Source: Protoeuglena noctilucae (Eukaryota). From it: a stretch of DNA of 64,000 nt. The notes below the pieces were generated by a model. That model had not been told where the DNA came from. It did no database searches and saw only the letters and a program-made list of their open reading frames with translations. The position numbers were made by a program, and so were the translations under genes. Below are positions 25,920 to 36,400 of this stretch, piece by piece. The DNA lies in assembly GCA_958009085.1 (NCBI GenBank), contig OY253684.1, positions 558,001 through 622,000 on the forward strand. The letters run 5' to 3'. The stretch's first letter is position 1. Every line of letters begins with the position of its first letter.

Positions 25920-28441
25920 ATGAGGGTGAGGCTGGCGGGGAATGGGTTTTGCGCCACCTCCTCGCGGCCGATGGCTGTGGCCGTCGCCAGCGTCTGCGTC
26001 CCGAGATGCGGAGGCGGCGGGCTGACGGGCCCGCGGCCGAAGCGATCGTTCCCCTCACACCTGCGCAGGGCGCGGATGCTGGGGCCCCAGGGCCCGGGGA
26101 CGCGGCGGAGCCGCGCAGCTTGGAGGAGGAGTTCGGACAGATGGATTTGGAAGCCGCGGAGCAGTTGTACGAAGCCCTGCGCGCCGTGAGGGAGCGACAC
26201 AGGCGAGTTCGCATCTGGTGTCGAGGACGCCCTCCCCCGCGCCGATGGCTTGCCCGCAGCAGAGTCCTGGACCCTGGGACGTCTATGTGCACGGTTGGCC
26301 CTGCTCCGGCGTGCATGCGCGCGCCCCGAGCGCGAGGCCGGCCAAGCAACCCGCGTTGTCGCGCCCATGGCCCGCAGGGCCCCCGGGAAGAAGCCGGATA
26401 ACGCGGCGTGGGAGGAGAAGTTAAGGGCGGAGGTCCAGGAGATGGTCACGAAGGCAAGGGCCGCTGGGAGGGCCGTCTAACGCACGCAGGGCGGGAGACG
26501 GTGGGGGCAGGTCAACAACCAGCACCTTGTGCTCGCAGGCCCGCAACGTGGTGCGGAACACGGACGAGTCGGTTGCGCAGAGGGCGGTGCAGCTCATGCT
26601 GCGGACGGACCTCGTCAACGCGTGCGCCAGCCGGCTCGCGTCGGTCCTGAAGCAGATCAAGGTGGGGCCGGCCTGGCCGCGACGGTGGGCTTCAGGCCTG
26701 GAGACGCAGCAGCCGGGACCCCGTCCGCCCCTGTCGCGCTCGCAGATGAAGGAGGTCGCGGACCTTATCACGACCGTCTGGCACTCCTACGCGTCCATCA
26801 GCAAGGACTGGGAGGGGCTGTTGCAAGACCAGGAGGAGGCGCTGGAGGTGAGGAACCCCGCCCCGTGCCGCGCCGGGCCCGCGGTGGGAGGCGCGCTGCG
26901 GTGCGTGAACGCGAGAGGTCCGCGGCGACCCGCAGAGCTCTATGGAGGCGCGGGAAGAGGAGGCGGCAGCCGAGATACGGAGCCTCCAGGCGCAGCTGGA
27001 GGAGGCGATTGTGCGCAACGACGAGCACGCGCGGCTGCTGACGGCGCGGGACCGGGAGGTGGAGAGCTTGCGGAGCCAGCTGCAGGAGGAGTCGCTGCGG
27101 GCGCGGTCGATGGCGGCGGACCACGGGAGGGCAGGCGATCGGCCGTCGTCGTCCCGGGCCTTCGCCTCGGCGGTGGCGGAGGATGCCGGGCACCGCTCGG
27201 CGGCGTCGCGGTCGACGCAGTCGGCGCATGTGAGCCCTCGGCCGGGCGCCGCGAACGGCGACGTGGTGGGGCGCGGGGGGGTCGCGGGAGCGGGGGGGCC
27301 GAGGACCAAGCGCAAGGAGCTCACCAAGGGCAAGGTGCTGGAGATCGTGCGGGAGGTCTACCGCTCCAAGGAGCGCAGCGACGAGCTCTTCAAGGAGGGC
27401 AAGCAGGAAAGGGAGACGCTGGAGGAGCACCTGTACCGCTACATGAACACCAAGTTCGGGCTGCGGCCCCTCATCATAGAGCACGTCGAGCTGTTGCTTA
27501 CGGGGCTGCAGAAGTACAAGGACAACAGCGTGGAGATCCTTCTGGTGAGAGCTGCGGGCCAGGAAGTCAGGAGCATGGACAATGATGGGAGCGGCCGGGG
27601 GAGCACGGGAACCCATGGCGGCCTCCGTTCAACTTCCCAACTGTCGCGCCGTCTGTCGCAGTTCTCCAAGATCCTGGCGAACCAGGTCGAAGAGGAGCTG
27701 CGCTTTGAGATGGAGTCGCTGCGCAAGTCGGTTGTGGAGGTCCTGCGTCAGGTCCTGCAGATGAAGTTCCGGGACAGCAGCAGCTTCCAGAGGTGCGGCG
27801 TGGAGGCGATCGCACCTCGCTTGGACCGCGCTGGCCGCGGGTGCAGGTCGGCGCTCGCGCAGGCGACGACGGAGACGCTGTCTCGCTCGCTCGCAGGGAC
27901 GCGATGCTCAAGGAGCGCGTGGAGGGCCTGCTGCCCCAGGAGGAGGCATTCGTGATCGTCAAGTCGATGCAGTCTGCGGAGGAGTCCACGGAGGTCGCCA
28001 GTGTCCTGCAGCGGAAGCTGGAGCAGCGCGTGGTGCGCATTAACAAGGAGCTCCGCACGGACGAGCAGCGCGTCACGCGCCCCAACGCCCTCGAGTTCGA
28101 GGAGTTCATCGAGGTCATCCTCGGCGTGCACCTGCGGCACCACGAGGCGAAGATCGCGGAGGTGCGGCGGGCGGGGGCACCCGGCCCTGGGTACAGCGCG
28201 GTGTGTGGGATGAGGGCCGACCTCGCGAGCGCGTCGCCCGCAGATCGTGACGTGCTTTAAGAGGATCGATTTGGAGAGCCGCGGATACCTGTCCGAGGAC
28301 CAGTTCCGCCTGTTCTGCCAGACGATCGACCCCAACATCACCTCGGATCAGATTGACACCCTCCTCGACGTCCTGGACCCTCAGAGCACCCACCGCGTGA
28401 CCTTCTCGAGCTGCGTGTCTGCGCTGGTGCCGCACTCGTGA
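25920..28441 (+). CDS. Coiled-coil protein with C-terminal EF-hand-like pair (possibly TSNAXIP1-like, cilia-associated), multi-exon
   Basis: Heptad-rich segment (EIRSLQAQLEEAIVRNDEH...), block RETLEEHLYRYMNTKFGLRPLIIEHV...FSKILANQVEEE, terminal FKRIDLESRGYLSEDQF and LDVLDPQSTHRVTFSSC. The family assignment is tentative. Confidence 0.6.
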
Positions 28442-28658
28442 CGGTCCGCGCCGACCGCTTGCGTGGGACGGCAGGGGCTGGGCTGGGGAACATCCACATG
28501 TGAGGGTGTCGTAGGCGTGCTGGGAGCTACAGCCGCTGGTGCCGGCAAGCTTGAATCCCGTCCCTATGCCTCTTCTTTGGCGCTCTTTCACTGTCCTTCA
28601 ACGCCCACGCTTCACGGCGGGCATGTCAACGCAACCCCGTTAAGCGCTCCCGCGCGAC

Positions 28659-30055
28659 TTAGGCAGTAGAGCGGCGGTCCGCGGGGAGGGCGGACTGGGG
28701 GCGGTTCACGAGGAACCCGGCGCACTGCACCTGGCGCACGTTGTCGAAGCCCACCACGCGGATGTACGCGTCGGGGAAGGCGCGGCGGCAGGCGACGATC
28801 TCGGACAGCACCTGGTTGGAGTCGCGGCAGCCGAACATGGGCAGCTTCCACATCGTCCAGTAGCGGTTGTCGTAGTAGCAGGCCGTCACGGGGCCCATGC
28901 GGACTGCGCGGGGAGCGGGCGGGCGGGGGTTGGGTCGTGGCGGGCGGGCGGGATCGGGGCAGGGTGGCTGGCCGTTCGAATTGGGCCCTCCGTCGTGGAT
29001 CTCGCTCCCCGGCTTATCCGGAGCGCGTCTCACCCGTGTTGGCGTTCGAGACGATGGCCTCCTGGGCGGACGCGAACTCAATGCACGGGATCATGCCATT
29101 GCGGGTGAGGTAGTCCACCTGGCGCGCGATCGCGTCGGGCGTGAGGGGCGGCAGGTACGACAGCGTCTCGAAGAACTTGTTGTTGAACGGCTGCCACACC
29201 TGCGACCAGGAACGGAGGCACAAGCGGAGGTGGGATCGGGGCCGGAGGAGAGGATCGCCGCTCGCCGCGCTCGCCCCAGCCAACAAAGCACACTTCACGC
29301 GACGCCGACGGGAGAGCAGGGCGGGCAACATGGCGCCCACCGTACGATAGAGAACGCGGACAACGTGGCAATGGGAGGGATCGGGGCGCCCGAGGGCCCG
29401 CGGCGACGCGCGGCGTGGATGTACTGCAGGGTGCGACATGCCCCTCCCGCCTGCCGCCGCGTGGGGACCGGCGGACCCTCCAAGGCACGGGCCATTAAAA
29501 TTGCGACGAAAACGTCGCGAGGAGGCGTCGCAGGGCAGCCCGGGCGGGCGAAAGCGGCGTGTCCTTCCAGATGCCATGGTGCCTTCGCACCGGCCGCAGC
29601 CGCGCGAGGGCGAGGAAGGCGGGGCTTTCAGGAAGCGCGATGGACCCTACCAGTCGCCGAAAAGGCGGTGGCGAGAGCGCCGCCGCCCTTGCGCCTTCGG
29701 GGCCGCTGAGTTGGACTTCGGGGTGCGAAATGGCGCCCCGCGGCGTGCGGCTACAGAGGGGATCCGACGAGCGGCCAGCGGAAAGAAAGCGGCGCAGAAC
29801 GACCACTCCGAAACGCGCGGGGCAAGCCGCGCCCGCATGCGCCGGGAGGCTGCCCCAGAGTGACGGAAGCGTGCCGAGCGGGAGATCCCGGGCCGCACAG
29901 GGCGAGATTCCGGTCGAGGGCGGCAATGTCGAGGATCCAGAAGCCGCGCAGGCGCTCACCCGCATCATGGAGGCGGAGGCGGCGTTGGTCCGCTTGGCGA
30001 CCCGGGCCTTGGGGGCCACGGCCGCAACGGGGCTGACGGGGGCGAGAGCGAACAT
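28659..30055 (-). CDS. rbcS: Rubisco small subunit with transit peptide; 3 exons, intron 1 = 29200-29959
   Basis: [58 protein letters not shown]; Ala-rich transit peptide [19 protein letters not shown]. Confidence 0.98.
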
Positions 30056-30499
30056 CGTTGTGATGATGCGCTAGAGACCACCGGGACAGTGTGAGGGTAG
30101 GCAGGGACCGGGAGGCCGCCCGCCCAGTTCAACGCCATCGCAGTCGGACCGGCGTCAGCCCCTGACAGGCGTCCACCCGCGCCTTTCCGGCCCCTGCGGA
30201 CAGCATGTGCATCATTCCGACGGCGCGCCACGGCGACGCTGGCCACCCTTGTCGTCCGGGCGCGCGCGCACGGCCCGCACGTCATTCGGGCCATTGAGCG
30301 CCCATTGTCCCTCGAATCGGTCATTTCTTATGCACATATTGAACACTCGTCGCTTTACTGGAATCTCATCGTCTGATTTCGCCCCCTCGATCCGCACGGC
30401 GGCAGGGAAGGCAGAGAGTCGCAGTGGCCCGCACCCGGCACACGCTCGCTGCCACGACGTTCCGCGACCCGGGTAGGTTGCTCGCATCCGTACCTTGCC

Positions 30500-33400
30500 A
30501 TGAACGCGGCGGCAGTGGAGGGGGCTGTGCGTGAGGTGGTCAGGGAGGCATTCCTGCGCGGGGCCGGTGCGGTCCCGGGCGGCTGGAAGACGCGGCAATT
30601 CATGGAGATGGGCCTCGACTCGCTCGATCTAGTCCATGTCAGCCGGTGAGCGCGAAGGCGGACTCGCTCCAACGAGAGGGCGCAGTGGCGGAACGCAACG
30701 AAGGAGGCGCCCTTGCGTGCCCCCCCCCGCAGGACACTGGCGTCTAAATTAAGCATTCCACTTCCTCCAACGCTTCTCTTTGATTATGCGGACCTCCCAG
30801 CACTCCAAGGATACATGCGCGTGAGAGCTCGCCTGCGTGAGGGTGGCCCAGCGGCTGTGGCTGCCTCTGTCCAACCCGACGGCCGCGCACCGCGTGCGCG
30901 CAGGGCAAACTCGCGGTCGGTGATTCGTTGATAGACGCTGGCGGTGAGGAACAGATCTGGGACGCGCCTGACGCGACCGCGGCCTTGCTCGGGCACCTGT
31001 CGTCCCTGTCGGTCGGGACCCTCGGGCTCGTGGAGATTGCCGCCTGCGTCAGCGCCGTGCCGAACGCGCCAGGCGGCATGGCCGCGCTCGAGTCGGCCGT
31101 CGATGCCGTCCGCGCCGCGCCCCTTCAGAGGCGAGGGCATCGCAAGCGCTGCAGCCCAGGCCGCCACGGCTCGGGGCCGGACATGGCGTGTAGCAGCGAA
31201 CGTTCACCGATTGTCGTTCACCGGGATAAAAGGAACCCGGGCCGGGCTTTAACCCCGCCCAAACATTGACGACCCACACGGCGTAACCCCTGGCCTCCCG
31301 CTGCGCACGCAGATGGGACCACAGCCTCGACAAGCAGGACCTCCATGCCAGCGCGGCGCGCTTCGCATCCTTCCTCCCGGACATCGAATGCTTTGACGCC
31401 GCCGCCTTCAACATGGGGCTCTCCGAGGCGTTCCTGCTGGACCCCAACCAACGAATGCTGCTCATGCAGGGCGCAGAGCTCCTCCGCGCCGCCGCGGGCG
31501 ACTCAGACAAGCGCCGTGGTGCGTCCACCGACTGCGCCGCGCCGTTTGATTCCTGGGGTGGGGAGGAGGGCTTGGGTTCAGGTCGTGTGCCGGGTCTCCT
31601 GCCCGGCCTGGGCTCGGGCCGACCGGCAGGCGCTGGCGGCGATGCGCTGGTCGGCGTCTTCGTGGGAGTTTCCTTCGCCGAATACGCCGGGATGGTGGCG
31701 AAGCACGTTGGGCGCACCACGACCTTCACGGCTACCGGCACGAGCCTGAGCGTGAACGCGGGCCGCCTGTCGTATGCCTTTGGCCTCAAGGGCCCCAGCG
31801 TCGCCATCGACACGGCTTGCTCCAGCTCCCTCGTCGCTGTCGCCTCCGCCAGGTGAGGCGCAGGGCTGCATCGGGGCCCATGCCACGTGTTTTCCCACAT
31901 GCTTTGCGTCGGATGGATGGAATGAAAAGATGCCGTTGGCTTGCAACCGTGAGGAGCTGGTCAACCACATGAATCACTGCAACGAGTGATCTGGGCAATC
32001 GCCGCGCGTGCTCCCTGCACAGGGCATACCTGCACCAGCGCCAGTGCGATGAGGCTCTGGCAGGCGGGTGCAATCTGCTCCTGTCTCCCGGCGTCATGAA
32101 CATGTATGCCATCGCGGGCATGCTGGCCCCCGACGGCCGATGCAAGACCATGGATGCTTTGGCGGATGGGTACGTGAGGGCGGAGGCCAGCGTGCTGGTG
32201 CTGCTGCGGTGCTGCCCACCCCAGGCGCAAGGGGGCGGGGCGGCAACGGGCGCAATCCTCTAATCTGGTGAGCAACACAGCGTCGATAGTGCATCTACAG
32301 AATGCGCAGCTGCTTGAGAGGACCATGCAACAGCTTGCGCCCTTCATGCACCTCTGCCGCCCTCGGGCATGCCTGGACCCTTCCGTCTCCCCACATCCCC
32401 GCAGCACGGGTCAATCAGGATGGCCGTTCGTCGTCCCTGACGGCACCCAACGGCCCAAGGCAGCAATCGCTGATTCACGAGTCTCTGCAAGATGCCGCCC
32501 TGGCACCCCACGACGTCTGCGCCTTGCAGATGCACGGGACCGGCACGGCGCTCGGTGACCCGATCGAGACTAATGCCACACTCCAGGTCCTTCGCCCAGG
32601 GCCCCTCAGCACGCAGGTATGGGTGTGGGGACTGCTGACGCCGCACTCGCGCGCAGCAACCCCCAGGCTGCGTCATGGGTTCCCACGTCTGCGCAGCAAG
32701 TCGCATGCGATGCACATAGCTGTTTGCTGGAGTGCGTGCACGTTTGGCACCGCTACTCTGCTTGTACCAAGACGCGCGCCCCACAGCCAGCGTGCCGACT
32801 CCAACGGACATGTGTGTCGCCCGCTGCACCTCGCAGATCCGGCTGCTAGCTACCAAGGCCCAGGTGGGCCACGCGGAGGCGGCTGCGGGGGCTGTGTCCA
32901 TGGCTGCGGCCCTCGAAGTGGCCTCGCGGGCGTGCGGCAACTTCAACCCCCACTTGTCCGCCGTGAACCCCTACGTCCGGCAGCCGATGGAGGACTGCAA
33001 GGGCGGGGCAGCGCACCTTCTCAGGCAGGCTGGGGGCTTCGGTTTCGGTGAGAGGGAGGGTCAAAACTCGTCTCGCTGCTTGACGCCCGCATCACCAGGC
33101 TTCATCAGAGTTTAGCAGCTGGCTGCTGCGCCTGCTTTATCCTGCTGACGGTACCAGCCAAGCCCGCTTTTCCAGCAACTGCCATGTTGACTCTCGATTG
33201 TCCTCAGAAGACAAGAGCGGGCGGTGCATCCTGTCGCTCAGCGCGTTCGCATTCCAAGGCACCAACGCCCACGCCATCACCGAGAACTGGGACCCCAGTC
33301 CAAGTCGTGTCCACATCACAGGGTCCTTTCATGTGAGACAAACGCGGCTCGTGTGGGGCTGCCCGCCAAGTCATGTCCGCCGCCCACACCGCAGCGCTCA

Positions 33401-36400
33401 CCTGTGCCTCTGCATGTGCTCCACTGGCATCCATGGACTGTTCCAACCCCTTCATCTGCCATACCTTGTAGGCGAGGGACGCTCACGAGCTGGAGAGGCA
33501 GTACGTGGTTCCACGGGCACACCGCCTGGTACGCTCTTGCCAAGGGGACGCGGGTGCCGTTGGCAAGGTCGCACTGCTGGTCGACCTCGGATCCGAGCAC
33601 GCGGCCCCGATCAAAGATCACGTGGTCCAGGGGAAGCCCATCCTCCCCGGCGCTGCGATGTTGGAGACGGCACTGGGAGGTGAGGACGGGGCTGGGGCTG
33701 GGGCCGCTGACTGCCCATAACAGAGCGTATCGTGTGCTTGAGGCACCGCCGGCGTGCGTGGAGGTGCATGCCTGGCGTTGCCGAGGCTACGGCGAGGCAC
33801 ACCGTGTCAGGGCGCATGCCAGGGCGCGTGGATGCCTTGCAAATGACTGGTGACAGTCTTGCAGATGCAGTGACCACCTTGCTGACCCGCACGCAGGGGC
33901 GCACCTGGTGCAGGCGGGAGACGGACAGCAGTGCCCCGTCTTGTCCACCGTGGTCATCCCCGCCCCGTTCGAGCTTTCCAAGGAGGGGCCGTGCTTGGCG
34001 CAGTTGGTGTATGACACGGCCACGGGAGCGGTCGAGCTCCGAGGGATGCCGAGCGGCGCGTCCCATGGCGGGGCTTCCAGGTGACACCAGCATGGGCTAG
34101 TGGGTATGGGTCTGTCTTGGCGTGCGGTGGCAGGGTGAGGCTGTGAGAGGCGTGAGGTTTTCCAGGAACACGTGCCTGGTTTGGCACTTCTTCGCTTTAA
34201 ACAGCATTTCTAGACTCTTTCATGGGATGTCATCAGCATGGTGCTGCCCTGTGCTGCAGGCTGCACCTCCGAGGCGCGGTCACGGTCGTGGGCCCATCGC
34301 AAGCAGGCGCAGACCCCAAACTGCCATCAGGAACAGGTGCTTGTCCTCTCCAAACGGTGTTTATCTGAATGCCATAGCTGACAGGTTTGATTCCATGCCT
34401 CATCCTTTTCCTTCCCCTGCCTCATTGCAGGTGCCGTGCACACCCGGTCGGCGCTCTCGGTCGTCATCCAAGCACAGCGGCCGCCGCCCGCGCCCGCCGC
34501 CGGCCACATCTGCTGCGCCGAGCTCGACTTGTCCGTCCTGGGTGTCTCCACGGAGGTAAGCGCCGCGCCATGTTCTTGGCAACCACCGCTTGCAAAGCAC
34601 GCAGCACGAACGGACGGACCATCGCATCTACAACACGCACTGCCATCGTCTATCACTCCATGCCTCGCAGGATTATTTCATGCACCCCTCTGCGCTGGAC
34701 TGCGTCATCCAGTCAGGCCTGACGCAAGTGCGTGGCGCTTCGTGCGTGCCTGCATCGGCGTCGGCCTTCTGCGCCCCTGTCCCGGGACACGCTCGCCAGC
34801 CGACGGTCCACGGGACTTTTAGGGTGTCGGCGACAATCTCCCACGCTCCCACGGGTGGCGCCCTGGTCTCAACGTTCACGACCGGGGCTGCGGACCCCGT
34901 CCCTGGCACCAGCAGTGGGGCTGTCCTGAGTCAGCTCGTGTCCAAGCGCATCGATTTTCGCAAAGCCAGCAAGCTCGCCGCCGCTGCCACCCCGGTGGGC
35001 ACCGCCCTGCAGCAACCCGAAGGACAACGCACGACGGGCGAGCCAGTGATCGTCGCCTTCCAAGAGACCCTGCTTGTCTCCCTGCCCTCCGGAGATCCGC
35101 AAGCTCGCGATGCCGACGACGTGTCGCTCGACGTATTCGCCTGGCCTGGGCGGGGCTCTGGGGTTCCTGCGGCCCAACTGCGCATCACTGGGCGCAATCC
35201 CACATCCACAACACTGTCTGCTCTGCGAACCACCGCTGATGCGCTGCCTCCGGGATCCGTTTTGCGTCTGCGCGGTGATGGCTGGGACTCGGCCGGCGAG
35301 GTTCAGCGGGGGAGCAGAGGGGCGCTTGCGGGAATGATGCGTGTTGCGGCAACGGAGGCGCGGGGAGTAGAGTGGGACCTGCCGCAGCGGCACGGGGCGC
35401 TGAGCCACATTGCGCCTGTCTTGCGGCATGCCTTGGCTGCCAGCGAGTCGATGGCTGGTGGCACTGCGATGGTCACTGGAGGCCTGGGGTCTCTCGGCCT
35501 CCTTCTCGCCTCCCGTCTGGCGCCCTCGGTAGCCGCGACTCTGCTCACAAGCAGGACCGGCCGCTCGCTCGCGGGCTCCAGCGGGGACCCCTCTGCGGCG
35601 CTGCTGGGCACCCTCGCGCAGTCGCCGTCGCTCACGGCCCTCGCACGCTGCGACACCGCGGTCACGGAGGACGTGGGAGCAGCCCAGGCCGCCTGTACTG
35701 CCCTCGGCGGGTGGTCCCGTGTCGTGCTCCACGCAGCAGGTGTCTTGCGGGACGCCGCGATCCGTAACCAGACCCACGGGCACATGCGTGCCGTTGCAGC
35801 CCCGAAGGGCGTGTCCCTGAGGTCCCTTGCCTGCGGTCCCGCGAGCCCGTGTGAGCCTCTTGATTGTCTGATGGCGCTCTCCAGCATCTCCGCGCTCGTG
35901 GGCTTCCCGGGACAGGCCAACTACGCTGCCGCTAACAGCAGCATGGACGCAACAACGACTGCCTTGCGGTGGCATGGGTCGCCGGCGGTCTCCCTGCAAC
36001 TCGGCGCGGTCCGCGAGGTCGGCATGGCCGCCCGCAGCGCAGGCATGGACGTGGTTGGCAAAGCAGAGGCGTGGGGCCTCGGCGCCGTCCAGCCAGCGCA
36101 CCTGGTCAGCGCCATCGCGCGCACCGTCGAGGCGGTCAGCGCGGCCGGGAGGGTGCCAGTGGTGGTCATCCTGAGCCCGCTCGCTCCCGAGACCATCCGT
36201 GCCAAGCTCCCGCGCTTCGCGTCCAGGCACACCTTCGAGCCTGTGCAGGCCAGCCCGCCCAAGCCCGCGCAAGAAGCTGGACGTCTCGATGGTGCCGGTG
36301 GTGACGTTGCTGCCGCCCCTGACAGCGCACTGGACGAGCGGGACTCGCGTCCGGCGCGGTATCGTCCGGTCGTGATGGAGACGGTGCGGGAGGTGCTCAA

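Noticed and set aside
29327..29335. YY1-like AACATGGCG motif in the RBCS intron (also at ~12616)
   Set aside because: Too short and too few occurrences to distinguish from chance without an enrichment test.
28659..32263. TAA/TAG-to-Gln genetic code (as in some ulvophytes) to explain the PKS TAA
   Set aside because: TAA and TAG end RBCS, PcyA, U2AF35, CSN7 and the ABC-F at plausible positions, and I saw no other in-frame TAR codons in conserved exons.
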